DNA of 64,000 nt from a virus (IMGVR_UViG_2513237361_000012:17300-81299), one strand, 5' to 3'; positions 30,572-42,826 are shown, numbered from the stretch's first letter. Program-made: numbers and translations. Notes: generated by a model from the letters alone, not told the origin.

Positions 30572-31630
30572 TTAATTTTCAATTCCCTCCATTTTACAAT
30601 GAGTTTTTTCCCAGAACTGTAATACAACAGGACTAGCCCACTCTGGCATCAGTGCGTTATTTAAAAAACTGAAAACATCATGAGACGCATCAGCATTTTT
30701 TCTAAGGAATTTCCAGCCTTTTCTAGTATTTATCTCAACAATACCTAACCCACCATCATCAAACATATGCATCTTGAATTCAGGATTGTTTACACCTAGA
30801 GATTTTATTTCTTTTATGTATGGACTATCTTCATCCATAAATATTTTCTCTATGTGCTTAGCACAATGATATATTTTATTTCGATAAGTTGATACGCTCA
30901 CAGCGGTACGCGCTGTTGTTATTCCCATTCCTAATGGGGCATATGCTTTTCCATCCATCACTACGGGCAGATTTATTCCATTTTTTCTTAAGTTTGCAAT
31001 ATCTGAATCTGTAGTTGGATGAATACAAGCTAAGCCTGAAATACCTTTCATTTCAAATATTTCTGCTGCTTCTGGCCAGTTGCGTATGAATGTTTCTACC
31101 AAATCTCTTTGAGAAAAAAGATTTGGTTCTATGTTTTTATCATGATGTTTTATATCAATAAAAAGCACAGCGTTTGAGTACACCTTCAGGAATAATACCC
31201 ACTCAGCACGATCTGAGTATTTTTTACTTGAACTTACTGGATTTAATGGCAGATGGAGGTGATGAATCCCCCAATCAGCCCATAGGTTATCCGTTCTTTT
31301 CGTCGCCTTTTTACCGCTTGTGTCATTGAATAATGTTAATGTTTTACTCTGATAAGGATTTACATCACCACCAGTAGTAAACAACATCTCGATTCTCTGC
31401 AATCCAACCCTTGCGCCATCGTGAATATTTTCAGGAAATCGATCTGATTTTAAAATTATTCGTTTTTGTGGAACAATGTAGCGTAAAAGAAAATCACACC
31501 ACCTCAGTAGAGGATCGTGAAGATTTGAGTGCCCGGATTCATCATATAATAACCCAAATGCTTGAATTCCCTTCTCTGAAATTTCGTCAATATCTTTGAT
31601 TAGATTAATATTTTTTCGTGCGTCCAACAT
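30572..31630 (-). CDS. uncharacterised 352-aa protein in the P2-family variable hotspot
   Basis: Long uninterrupted AT-rich ORF convergent with the DinI-like gene and divergent from the retron; no motif recognised. Confidence 0.55.
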   Translation of the reverse strand: MLDARKNINLIKDIDEISEKGIQAFGLLYDESGHSNLHDPLLRWCDFLLRYIVPQKRIILKSDRFPENIHDGARVGLQRIEMLFTTGGDVNPYQSKTLTLFNDTSGKKATKRTDNLWADWGIHHLHLPLNPVSSSKKYSDRAEWVLFLKVYSNAVLFIDIKHHDKNIEPNLFSQRDLVETFIRNWPEAAEIFEMKGISGLACIHPTTDSDIANLRKNGINLPVVMDGKAYAPLGMGITTARTAVSVSTYRNKIYHCAKHIEKIFMDEDSPYIKEIKSLGVNNPEFKMHMFDDGGLGIVEINTRKGWKFLRKNADASHDVFSFLNNALMPEWASPVVLQFWEKTHCKMEGIEN

Positions 31631-32024
31631 ACTAACTCCGTTTAAATATAATTTTTTAGTATTTCAGTTAATTAATATCTATACGCCGTTATAGCTGAAT
31701 TTTCCGGTGATTTCAGGGCACATTAACCAATTTAGATAATACTATAGTAATGGTTGGGCTGATTTTTCAAGAACAAAAGTAATTTTCAAGCTTTGTAACA
31801 TGTTGATTTTCCACTTTTCGCTCAAGCGAGCTTTCATCTTTGCAAGCCCATATGTTCGTTTTTCAAGCGATTATTCAGATACGTTAACTTCCCATGGCAG
31901 TGCATGACTATGCTGCATGAAATCGCATGATCGATCGAGGATCGTCTATGCTTAGACCAGCCAGAAATGGCGGGCTTTTGCTCATGTCATGCAGCTGCAT
32001 GAAAACCACTGCATAAAGTGGGCA

Positions 32025-32043
32025 GGCGTGGCGGGGATACGAG
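32025..32043. other. possible cos-like sequence (GGCGTGGCGGGGA...)
   Basis: First 13 nt match my recollection of the phage 186 cohesive-end sequence; remainder differs. Confidence 0.3.
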
Positions 32044-32110
32044 GGCGCGCTATCACGTAAAATAGGCAAAATACTTCTGGAAAACAGAAAGTTGAAGTGA
32101 TATGTTCATA

Positions 32111-34043
<1,933 letters not shown>

Positions 34044-34084
34044 TGAACAGCCCTAACGTTATGAACGCTAAGGCTGATTTTTCG

Positions 34085-35113
34085 TTAAAATTTATATGGT
34101 TTGAATTGTAATATATTATCTTCAAGCCATTTATTTAATTCCTGCATCCTTTTCTGTAAGGGTATTAATTCGTTCCTCACAAACACTAAACTCGCTTTTT
34201 CCACATCCCCAAACCCCCCGACATTATTTGGCATAATCCCCATCATTTGCGGCGGCACACGATGTGCTGCCATCATGTCATCCCGACTCACGTTCTTGAT
34301 ATTCAAAAACTCATCCTTCGCTGCGACCTCTGACAACGGGATAATCTGAAGTCCGTCCTTTTTGCCGTTAGGCGAGTACATAAACAGATTGCGGAAGTTG
34401 CCAGGGCCTTTGGCGCTTTTCATCGCATTGCGGAGGTTGTTCACATCCTCCTGGTTCTGCGCTGCATCGGTCATGTACATGATGAAGCCTGCATGACTGC
34501 CGTTAATGTAATACTTGCGGCGGAACAGCGTGGCGGACTCGTTGAGCAGAGCTGACGGAATGGCAGAAAGATAACCGGGCAGGCCGTAGATCTCCTGGTT
34601 GATGTCCGGTTCCATCAGATGAAAAATGTTGCCTTTCGTGAACTGATACGGCTGCGTAGTCATGCCGTATTGCACAAACCAGTAGGTATCCAGGTCTAAC
34701 CCGCGTCGGGTGTATTTTGCCAGTGCAGGCTCAAGGGCGATAACTTCACCGAAGCGGTTCGTGCGTTTCTCCAGGTAGGCGTTACCAAAAACCAGATAGT
34801 CCTGTACAAAACGCGAAAAAGCCTGCTGGCTGAGCAGCGGGTGAGGGATGTAGGTGCTGGTCAGAATGTTGCACTTCACTGCAATCGGTGAGCTGTGATG
34901 CACGGCGGCGCGGAAGGTTCGCGCCAGTCCGTCGAAACTCACAGGCGGCTCATACCAACGATCCATCTGTACGCATTCCACATAGTCCAGCAGTTCGCGG
35001 CGGTCCAGAACAGGAACGGGATCACCGAAGCTGAATGCTTCGGCTGAAGTCTGGCTTTTATGCTGGCTCTGTTTCGTCGACGCAGCGCGGTTCTTCTTAC
35101 TCTTTCCCATCAA
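34085..35113 (-). CDS. Q: P2 Q-like portal protein
   Basis: 342-aa ORF divergent from O, upstream partner of terminase P; P2 Q size and position. Confidence 0.8.
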   Translation of the reverse strand: MMGKSKKNRAASTKQSQHKSQTSAEAFSFGDPVPVLDRRELLDYVECVQMDRWYEPPVSFDGLARTFRAAVHHSSPIAVKCNILTSTYIPHPLLSQQAFSRFVQDYLVFGNAYLEKRTNRFGEVIALEPALAKYTRRGLDLDTYWFVQYGMTTQPYQFTKGNIFHLMEPDINQEIYGLPGYLSAIPSALLNESATLFRRKYYINGSHAGFIMYMTDAAQNQEDVNNLRNAMKSAKGPGNFRNLFMYSPNGKKDGLQIIPLSEVAAKDEFLNIKNVSRDDMMAAHRVPPQMMGIMPNNVGGFGDVEKASLVFVRNELIPLQKRMQELNKWLEDNILQFKPYKF

Positions 35114-36876
35114 AAAATCTCCACAATATTGCTGGTATTGGCGGACTCGCCCTGCAGCGGTTCGTTAAACAGTGCGTGCATTGTTGCCCAGGCCAGATCG
35201 GCATGGCTGGCTTCTTCGCTGCGGCTGGCTTCATAGGTCGGGCGGTTGCCACTGGCAGTGGTAGCGCGACGGATTGCCATAAATGACTGCGCAATGTCGG
35301 TGTGCCCGGCGTCAAACTCCAGACGGCGGTGGCTGATAATGTCGTAGGCCTTGAGTACCAGGGCGTTTTTAACGTTGGGGTTATAGACAAACTCCCTGAC
35401 GGCAGGAAAAAACGCTTTCACGTTCTCGTAAACCCCGTGACCGACGCCGGTCGAGTCGATACCGATATAGGTCACGTTATACTGTTCGGTCAGTTTTTTG
35501 ATGGCGTCAGCCTGGGCGCGGAAGTCCATCCCGCGCCACTGGTGACGCTCAAGAATGCGGAACTTACCACCCGGCACGGCTGGCGGAGCCACCACCACGC
35601 ATCCGGCACTGTCGCCGTTCTGCGTACCTTTTGCCGGGTCATAACCGATCCACACTTCGTGCCAGCCAAACGGGCGCAGGGCCAGTGCATGAAAGTCGGT
35701 CCAGACTTCCCAGCTGTCCACCATGCACGCCTGCAGTTCGCTGAGCGGGAACACGGACGCGAGATCGTCCACGAACTCGCACATCAGCAGGTTCTGGTAT
35801 TCGTCCGGGCTGTACTCCATGCGCAGCTGGTCGAGGTCGAACAGGTTACAGCCGCCGCGCACCGCATCTTCCACGGTGACTATCTGGCGGTATTGCCCGT
35901 CTGCGCACAGCAGGCCGGGGGCCAGATTGTTGTGGGACAGGTCGATGTCCACCTTATCGGCTTTGTTGCGCCCACGGTTAAACAGAGCACCGGACCAGAA
36001 CGGATAAGCACTGTGTGTCAGGCTGGATGGCGTGGAAAAATAGGTTTGTCGCCATTTCTTGTGAATAGCCATCCCGGAAGCCACTTTGCGCAGCTCCTGG
36101 AATTTCGGTATCCAGAAATATTCATCCAGATACAGGTTGCCGTGATAACTCTGGGCCGTGCGGGCATTGGTGCCGAGGAAGTAAAGAGTGGCTCCGTTAG
36201 GAAGCACCATCGGATCGCCTTTTAGCTCCACCTCGACTTCTTTGGCGAAGTCGATGATGTATTGTTTAAAGACGTGGGCCTGAGCCTTACTGGCAGAAAG
36301 GAAAATCTGGTTACGTCCGGTAAGCAGGGCGTCAATCAGGGCTTCACGGGCAAAATAGAAGGTCGCGCCGATCTGGCGAGACTTCAGCAGGTTGCGGATG
36401 CGGTTGGTTTTTCCGGCTTCCCACCAGTGGCGCTGGTAGTTGAACATGGAGGAATGGAAGATTTCTTCCAGCTTCTCAATCTGCTCATCGGTGAAAACAT
36501 TCTTTTCCGGCTGACGGCGTGGGCCTTTATTGCGGTTGGCGACGTTAGGGTTTAAGTCGGCTTCGTTGCCGCCATTGTTAAACTTGCCGATCCGCGCGTG
36601 GCGCTCAGACTGGCGCGCCAGCAGGTCAATCTCTTTGAAATCTTTCCCTTCTTTGTGCTCCTTCATGATGAGCTGGCAGTAGCGTGCGGCGGTGGTGAGC
36701 TGCATCTGATCCAGCGGCCCATAGTCACCCCACTTGTCGCGTTTTTTCCAGCTGTGAACGGTTGCAACTTTCTCGCCCAGCATTTCAGCAATGCGGGCTA
36801 CGCGGTATCCCTGAAAGTACAGCAGCATGGCCTGCCGACGGGGATCGAGATCTGCGGGTGTCAGTGTGGTGTTCAT
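35110..36876 (-). CDS. P: P2 P-like terminase ATPase (large) subunit
   Basis: 588-aa ORF; size and position match P2 P. Confidence 0.85.
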   Translation of the reverse strand: MNTTLTPADLDPRRQAMLLYFQGYRVARIAEMLGEKVATVHSWKKRDKWGDYGPLDQMQLTTAARYCQLIMKEHKEGKDFKEIDLLARQSERHARIGKFNNGGNEADLNPNVANRNKGPRRQPEKNVFTDEQIEKLEEIFHSSMFNYQRHWWEAGKTNRIRNLLKSRQIGATFYFAREALIDALLTGRNQIFLSASKAQAHVFKQYIIDFAKEVEVELKGDPMVLPNGATLYFLGTNARTAQSYHGNLYLDEYFWIPKFQELRKVASGMAIHKKWRQTYFSTPSSLTHSAYPFWSGALFNRGRNKADKVDIDLSHNNLAPGLLCADGQYRQIVTVEDAVRGGCNLFDLDQLRMEYSPDEYQNLLMCEFVDDLASVFPLSELQACMVDSWEVWTDFHALALRPFGWHEVWIGYDPAKGTQNGDSAGCVVVAPPAVPGGKFRILERHQWRGMDFRAQADAIKKLTEQYNVTYIGIDSTGVGHGVYENVKAFFPAVREFVYNPNVKNALVLKAYDIISHRRLEFDAGHTDIAQSFMAIRRATTASGNRPTYEASRSEEASHADLAWATMHALFNEPLQGESANTSNIVEIF

Positions 36877-37018
36877 GGCACAAACCTACAGCCTTGAATG
36901 AAGGCTTTCCCCGCCTGCGGTTTGTGTGGTTGTCGGTACAAATACCGCGCATTGTTTCACTGCCCCCATCACCGCAACCATAAGGCTCCAGTAAGTTTTT
37001 TCTAACGGAGCACGGCTC

Positions 37019-37852
37019 ATGACAGTGAAAGCAAAGCGTTTTCGCATCGGGGTGGAAGGTGCCACCACCGACGGACGCGAAATCCAGCGTGAATGGCTGG
37101 AACAGATGGCAGCCAGCTACAACCCGGCGGTGTATACCGCGCTGATTAACCTTGAGCACATCAAGTCTTATCTGCCGGACAGCACCTTTAACCGCTACGG
37201 CAAGGTGACGGCGCTGTTTGCTGAAGAAATCACGGAAGGTCCGCTGGCAGGCAAGATGGCGCTGTATGCCGACGTTGAGCCAACGGAGTCCCTGGTGGAA
37301 CTGGTGAAAAAAGGCCAGAAATTATTCACCTCTATGGAAGTCAGCCCGAAGTTCGCTGATACGGGCAAAGCCTACCTGGTCGGCCTGGCTGCCACTGATG
37401 ACCCTGCCAGTCTGGGCACTGAAATGCTGACATTCAGCGCCAGTGCAGCCCATAACCCGCTGGCAAACCGCAAGCAGAATCCCGCCAATCTCTTTACCGC
37501 CGCAGAGGAAACGGTGATCGAACTGGAAGAAATCCAGGATGACAAACCGTCCCTGTTTGCCCGTGTCACGGCGCTGTTTACCAAAAAAGAGCAGTCCGAT
37601 GACGCCCGGTTCTCTGATGTGCATAAGGCCGTGGAGCTGGTCGCCACTGAGCAGCAGAACCTGAGCGCACGCACCGAAAAATCCCTGTCTGAGCAGGAAG
37701 AACGCCTGTCTGAACTGGAGACTGCTCTGCAGGAGCAGCAAACCGCCTTTAACGAACTGGTGAATAAGCTGAGTCATGAAGACAGCCGCCAGGACTACCG
37801 CCAGCGTGCAACAGGCGGTAACGCCCCCGCTGACACTCTGACCAATTGCTGA
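37019..37852 (+). CDS. O: P2 O-like capsid scaffold protein
   Basis: 277-aa ORF preceding major capsid gene. Confidence 0.75.
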   Translation: MTVKAKRFRIGVEGATTDGREIQREWLEQMAASYNPAVYTALINLEHIKSYLPDSTFNRYGKVTALFAEEITEGPLAGKMALYADVEPTESLVELVKKGQKLFTSMEVSPKFADTGKAYLVGLAATDDPASLGTEMLTFSASAAHNPLANRKQNPANLFTAAEETVIELEEIQDDKPSLFARVTALFTKKEQSDDARFSDVHKAVELVATEQQNLSARTEKSLSEQEERLSELETALQEQQTAFNELVNKLSHEDSRQDYRQRATGGNAPADTLTNC

Positions 37853-37868
37853 TGGAGCACAAAACCTG

Positions 37869-38927
37869 ATGAAGAAGAATACCCGCTTTGCTTTTAACGC
37901 TTACCTGCAGCAGCTGGCGCGTCTGAACGGTGTGGCAGTTGAAGAACTGTCCAGCAAGTTCACCGTGGAGCCGTCTGTACAGCAGACGCTGGAAGACCAG
38001 ATCCAGCAGTCCGCCGCTTTCCTGACGCTGATTAACGTCACGCCAGTGACTGAGCAGTCCGGTCAGTTGCTGGGGTTGGGTGTTGGTAGCACCATTGCCG
38101 GAACCACTGACACCACCGCGAAAGAGCGTGAACCTGTCGATCCTACGCTGATGGTCGATGTGGAATACAAATGCGAGCAGACCAACTTTGACACGGTACT
38201 GACCTACGCGAAGCTGGACCTGTGGGCGAAGTTTCAGGATTTCCAGGTGCGTATCCGTGACGCCATCGTGAAACGTCAGGCACTGGACCGCATCATGATC
38301 GGCTTTAACGGCGTGAAGCGTGCGAAAACCTCCAACCGTAGCGAAAACCCGCTGCTGCAGGATGTGAACAAAGGCTGGTTACAGAAAATCCGTGAGGATG
38401 CACCGGATCACGTCATGGGCAGCAGCACCACGGGCGGTGAAACCACACCGGGTGCGGTGAAAGTCGGTAAAGGTGGCGAATATGCCAACCTGGACGCCGT
38501 GGTGATGGATGCCGTCAATGAGCTTATCGACGTTGTCTACCAGGACGATGACGATCTGGTGGTGATTTGCGGGCGTGAACTGCTGTCTGACAAGTATTTC
38601 CCGCTGGTCAACAAAGAGCAGGAAAACAGTGAAAAACTGGCTGCCGATATGATCATCAGTCAGAAACGCATGGGTGGCCTGCAGGCGGTGCGTGCGCCGT
38701 TCTTCCCGCCGAATGCGCTGCTGATCACCCGTCTGGATAACCTGTCCATCTACTGGCAGGAAGACACCCGCCGCCGTTCAGTTATCGACAACCCGAAACG
38801 TGACCGGATTGAAAATTTTGAATCCGTTAACGAAGCCTATGTGGTTGAGGACTATCGCTGCGCTGCACTGGTGGAAAATATCCAGATTGGTGACTTCAGC
38901 GCCGCCGCAGCAGAAACCGGAGCGTAA
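37869..38927 (+). CDS. N: P2 N-like major capsid protein
   Basis: 352-aa ORF in capsid operon. Confidence 0.8.
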   Translation: MKKNTRFAFNAYLQQLARLNGVAVEELSSKFTVEPSVQQTLEDQIQQSAAFLTLINVTPVTEQSGQLLGLGVGSTIAGTTDTTAKEREPVDPTLMVDVEYKCEQTNFDTVLTYAKLDLWAKFQDFQVRIRDAIVKRQALDRIMIGFNGVKRAKTSNRSENPLLQDVNKGWLQKIREDAPDHVMGSSTTGGETTPGAVKVGKGGEYANLDAVVMDAVNELIDVVYQDDDDLVVICGRELLSDKYFPLVNKEQENSEKLAADMIISQKRMGGLQAVRAPFFPPNALLITRLDNLSIYWQEDTRRRSVIDNPKRDRIENFESVNEAYVVEDYRCAALVENIQIGDFSAAAAETGA

Positions 38928-38930
38928 TTC

Positions 38931-39581
38931 ATGAGCCTGAGTCCCGCACGGCAGCATCGCCTGCGCGTTCAGGCTGAACAGGCCGCCCGTGAGGGCGGCA
39001 GCGTTCGCCACGCGTTGGGCTATGACCTGATGCTGCTGCAACTGGCGGAAGACCGCCGCCGTCTCAAGGGCGTTCAGTCCACGGTCAAAAAAGCGGAAAT
39101 CAAGGTGGAACTGCTGCCGAAATACGCCGCCTGGGCAGAGGGTGTCCTGGCTAGCGGAGGCGCGCAACAGGATGACGTGCTGATGTACGTGATGCTGTGG
39201 CGCATTGATGCCGGAGATTATGCCGGGGCGCTGGAGATCGGGCGTCACGCCCTGCGTCATGGCTGGGTGATGCCGTTGGGTAACCGCAACGTGCAGACCG
39301 TGCTGGCAGAGGAAATGGCAGACGCGGCGCAGAGCGCAATGCTTGCCGTTACCGGCTTTGATGCCGATCTGTTGCTGCAGACGCTGGAGCTGACAGACGG
39401 TCTGGATATGCCGGACCAGTCACGGGCGCGTCTGCATAAAGCGATTGGCGCTGTCCTGAGTGAAACTAATCCGGCTTCCGCCCTTAATCATCTCAACCAT
39501 GCGTTACAGCTCGATCCCCGCTGTGGCGTGAAAAAAGACAAACAGCAGCTGGAGCGCAGACTGCGCAATGACAGCCGCTGA
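38931..39581 (+). CDS. M: P2 M-like terminase small (endonuclease) subunit
   Basis: 216-aa ORF after capsid gene. Confidence 0.7.
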   Translation: MSLSPARQHRLRVQAEQAAREGGSVRHALGYDLMLLQLAEDRRRLKGVQSTVKKAEIKVELLPKYAAWAEGVLASGGAQQDDVLMYVMLWRIDAGDYAGALEIGRHALRHGWVMPLGNRNVQTVLAEEMADAAQSAMLAVTGFDADLLLQTLELTDGLDMPDQSRARLHKAIGAVLSETNPASALNHLNHALQLDPRCGVKKDKQQLERRLRNDSR

Positions 39582-39676
39582 CAGAACGTGCCCCCGCGCA
39601 CGGGCGGCACGGGGTGGCGAAAGGCACTGCCACATCAAAACCCCGTCCACCGCCCTTTATTTCAGGAGAAAGCAGC

Positions 39677-40141
39677 ATGAAGTTTGTTGCGCCAGAACAG
39701 GCACCGGAACAGGCGGAAATCATCAGAAATACGCCGTTCTGGCCTGATGTGGACCTGTCGGAGTTTCGCAGTGTCATGCGCACTGACGGCACGGTGACGC
39801 AGCCGCGTTTAAAGCAGGTTGCGCTGTCGGCAATTTCGGAGGTTAACGCAGAGCTGTATGAGTTTCGCAGACGCCAGCAGATGCTGGGGTATGCCTCGCT
39901 GGCAGAGGTTCCGGCGGAACAGCTGGACGGCAAAAGTGAGCGCATTCAGCACTATTTCAACGCGGTTTACTGCTGGGCACGCGCCATGCTCAACGAACGA
40001 TACCAAGACTATGACGCCACGGCATCCGGTGTGAAGCGGGGCGAGGAACTGGCGGAAGCCAGCGGTGATTTATGGCGTGACGCCCGCTGGGCCATCAGCC
40101 GGGTACAGGACGCGCCGCACTGCACAGTGGAGCTTATCTGA
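39677..40141 (+). CDS. L: P2 L-like head completion protein
   Basis: Start at MKFVAPEQ with RBS AGGAG. Confidence 0.65.
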   Translation: MKFVAPEQAPEQAEIIRNTPFWPDVDLSEFRSVMRTDGTVTQPRLKQVALSAISEVNAELYEFRRRQQMLGYASLAEVPAEQLDGKSERIQHYFNAVYCWARAMLNERYQDYDATASGVKRGEELAEASGDLWRDARWAISRVQDAPHCTVELI

Positions 40142-40344
40142 TGAAAGTGCGTGCGCATCAGTATGACACGGTGGACGCGCTTTGCTGGCGTCATTACGGG
40201 CGCACGCAGGGTGTCACGGAGCAGGTACTGAAGGCAAATCCGGGGCTTGCCGAATATGGCCCCTTTTTACCTCACGGGCTGCAGGTGGAGCTGCCGGACA
40301 TTCCGACAACCACCACCGTGCAGACCGTCCAGCTATGGGACTGA
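40141..40344 (+). CDS. X: P2 X-like tail protein
   Basis: 67-aa ORF, same size as P2 X. Confidence 0.6.
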   Translation: MKVRAHQYDTVDALCWRHYGRTQGVTEQVLKANPGLAEYGPFLPHGLQVELPDIPTTTTVQTVQLWD

Positions 40345-40347
40345 ATT

Positions 40348-40563
40348 ATGACGCTTGAGCGAGTCAGCGCCTTTATCACGTATTGCATCGCCGTCGTGCT
40401 GGCCTGGCTGGGCGATTTGTCCATCAAGGATGCCTCAACGCTGGGCGGCCTGATGATCGGTGTGCTGATGCTGGCTATCAACTGGTACTACAAACACAAA
40501 GCCTACCAGCTTCTGCGCGACGGGCAGATCACGCGGGAGGACTATGAATCCATCAATCGTTAA
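40348..40563 (+). CDS. Y: holin (P2 Y-like)
   Basis: 71-aa protein with hydrophobic helices preceding the endolysin. Confidence 0.6.
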   Translation: MTLERVSAFITYCIAVVLAWLGDLSIKDASTLGGLMIGVLMLAINWYYKHKAYQLLRDGQITREDYESINR

Positions 40564-41056
40564 ACGCTGCCTTGTCGGGACCGTGCTGGCTATTGCTGCC
40601 ACGCTGCCGGGTTTTCAGCAGCTTCACACCTCCGTGGAGGGACTGAAACTGATTGCCGATTACGAAGGCTGTCGTCTGCAGCCGTATCAGTGCAGCGCGG
40701 GTGTATGGACTGACGGCATTGGTAATACGTCGGGCGTCATTCCCGGCAAAACCATTACGGAACGACAGGCAGCAGAAGGGCTTATCTCCAACGTGCTGCG
40801 TGTGGAGCGGGCGCTGGAAAGATGTGTGAAGCAACAGCCGCCACAAAAGGTGTATGACTCGGTGGTGTCGTTTGCCTTCAACGTGGGGACAGGCAATGCC
40901 TGCAGCTCCACGCTGGTGAAATTGCTCAATCAGCGGCGCTGGGCGGATGCGTGCCGACAGTTGCCGCGCTGGGTTTATGTGAAAGGTGTGTTTAATCAGG
41001 GGCTGGATAACCGCCGTGCGCGGGAGATGGCCTGGTGTTTACAGGGAGCAAACTGA
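40544..41056 (+). CDS. K: endolysin (P2 K-like phage lysozyme)
   Basis: 170-aa lysozyme-like protein between holin and lysA. Confidence 0.75.
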   Translation: MNPSIVKRCLVGTVLAIAATLPGFQQLHTSVEGLKLIADYEGCRLQPYQCSAGVWTDGIGNTSGVIPGKTITERQAAEGLISNVLRVERALERCVKQQPPQKVYDSVVSFAFNVGTGNACSSTLVKLLNQRRWADACRQLPRWVYVKGVFNQGLDNRRAREMAWCLQGAN

Positions 41057-41057
41057 G

Positions 41058-41435
41058 ATGAAAAAGAAAGTAATTAGCGGGCTGTTTCTGATGTTATGGA
41101 TGGGGCTGTTAATCGAAGCAATGGTGTATCCGCAGGGGATTTTTCCGGTACTGGCAGCGTCCGGTGTCTGGGTAGCCTGTCTGCTGACATGGGCGGTAAT
41201 TCCGGTAGCACTGGCTGCGTTAATTAAGAATGGCCCGCTCTGGCAGGAGTTGAGGGCATCTTTGCTGAAGACAATTACCCGAAAAGAAAACGTATTTATC
41301 AGCTGGGTGATGCGATTGCTGATTGTCGTCAGTCTCGCCTGGACGGGGTGGGCTATTACCCTGGTCTTTTATCTGCTGACCGTTATTGCCTTCTGGATGA
41401 CCCGTAATCAGATTGCGCAACAGGTATCAGCATGA
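41058..41435 (+). CDS. lysA: LysA-like membrane protein
   Basis: Start at MKKKVISG; multiple hydrophobic helices. Confidence 0.55.
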   Translation: MKKKVISGLFLMLWMGLLIEAMVYPQGIFPVLAASGVWVACLLTWAVIPVALAALIKNGPLWQELRASLLKTITRKENVFISWVMRLLIVVSLAWTGWAITLVFYLLTVIAFWMTRNQIAQQVSA

Positions 41436-41860
41436 ACCGGTTGCTGCTGGTTGTGCTGGCGTTATTACTGGCGGCGCTGGGCTGGCAGACGTGGCGGCTG
41501 GCTGATGCCAGCCAGACCATCAGCACGCAGGCAGACGAGCTGCAGAGCAAAAGCCAGGCACTGGCAAAGAGCAACAGCCAGCTTATCAGCCTGTCCATTC
41601 TGACTGAAACCAATAACCGGGAGCAGGCGCGGCTCTATGCCGAAGCAGAACAGACCAGCGCGCTGCTGAGACAACGACAACACCGGATCGGGGAACTGAA
41701 ACGTGAGAACGAGGATTTACGCCGCTGGGCTGATACTCCTTTGCCTGCTGACATTATCCGGCTGCGGAAACGTCCGGCATTCACCGGAGGTGCAGCTTAC
41801 CGTCAGTGGTTGTCCGCGAGTGACGCCGTGTCGGCTGGATCAGGCAACGCCGCGCACTAA
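41432..41860 (+). CDS. lysB: LysB (Rz-like i-spanin)
   Basis: N-terminal TM, coiled coil, 142 aa. Confidence 0.6.
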   Translation: MNRLLLVVLALLLAALGWQTWRLADASQTISTQADELQSKSQALAKSNSQLISLSILTETNNREQARLYAEAEQTSALLRQRQHRIGELKRENEDLRRWADTPLPADIIRLRKRPAFTGGAAYRQWLSASDAVSAGSGNAAH

Positions 41861-41993
41861 CGGTGATCTGAACGCGTTGCTGGATGAAACGGAGGCCGCC
41901 TGGGCGGTCTGTGCAGACAAAGTGGACATGATTATTGCGTGTCAGGAGCGAAACAGTGAACAAACCACAATCCCTGCGCCACGCCCTCAATAA
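41703..41993 (+). CDS. lysC: LysC (Rz1-like o-spanin lipoprotein) embedded in/overlapping lysB
   Basis: Lipobox LSGC after short signal peptide; alternative frame overlapping the lysB 3' end. Confidence 0.5.
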   Translation: MRTRIYAAGLILLCLLTLSGCGNVRHSPEVQLTVSGCPRVTPCRLDQATPRTNGDLNALLDETEAAWAVCADKVDMIIACQERNSEQTTIPAPRPQ

Positions 41994-42387
41994 AGCGGTG
42001 CCTTATGTCCGCAATAACCCGGACAAACTGCATCTGTTTGTGGATAACGGTTCGCTGGTTGCCACGGGGGCCAGCTCCATGTCATGGGAGTACCGCTATA
42101 CCCTGAACGTGGTGATAGAGGATTTCAGCGGCGACCAGAATCTGCTGATGGCCCCGGTTTTACTGTGGCTGCGGGATAACCAGCCCGATGCCATCAATAA
42201 CCCGGCGTTACGGGAAAAGCTATTCACCTTTGAGGTGGATATTCTGCGCAACGATGTCTGTGATATCAGCCTTAACCTGCAACTGACGGAGCGTGTGCTG
42301 GTCAGCACTGACGGCGGTGTGTCGAGCGTTGAAGCTGTAGCAGAACCCGATGAACCTGAAGAAATGTGGACGGTGAAACGTGGCTGA
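41935..42387 (+). CDS. R: P2 R-like tail completion protein (true start probably downstream)
   Basis: ORF in tail completion position. Confidence 0.6.
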   Translation: MRVRSETVNKPQSLRHALNKAVPYVRNNPDKLHLFVDNGSLVATGASSMSWEYRYTLNVVIEDFSGDQNLLMAPVLLWLRDNQPDAINNPALREKLFTFEVDILRNDVCDISLNLQLTERVLVSTDGGVSSVEAVAEPDEPEEMWTVKRG

Positions 42388-42826
42388 ACTGCAGAAGGTG
42401 GACGACTGGCTTAGTGCCTTGCTGGCGAATCTGGAGCCAGCCGCAAGAAGCCGCATGATGCGCCAGCTGGCGCAGGAACTGCGCCGGACACAGCAGCAGA
42501 ATATCAGGATGCAGCGCAACCCTGACGGCAGCAGCTATGAACCGCGACGGGTAACAGCACGCAGTAAAAAAGGCCGTATCAAACGTCAGATGTTTGCAAA
42601 GCTGCGCACCACAAAATACCTGAAAACTGCCGCCAGCGCCGACTCTGCCAGCGTGCAGTTTGAAGGCAAGGTACAGCGTATTGCCCGTGTTCACCATTAC
42701 GGCCTGCGTGATCGCGTCAGTCGCAAAGGACCGGAGGTCCGTTACGCAGAGCGCCGCCTGCTGGGTGTAAATGATGATGTTGAGGCAATGACCCGCGACA
42801 TGATTCTGCAATGGCTGGCGGGGTGA
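42380..42826 (+). CDS. S: P2 S-like tail completion protein
   Basis: 148-aa ORF. Confidence 0.6.
   Translation: MAELQKVDDWLSALLANLEPAARSRMMRQLAQELRRTQQQNIRMQRNPDGSSYEPRRVTARSKKGRIKRQMFAKLRTTKYLKTAASADSASVQFEGKVQRIARVHHYGLRDRVSRKGPEVRYAERRLLGVNDDVEAMTRDMILQWLAG

Noticed and set aside
35302-36225. 307-aa plus-strand ORF within the P2 terminase P gene
   Set aside because: Antisense shadow ORF; P-like frame is the coherent one.
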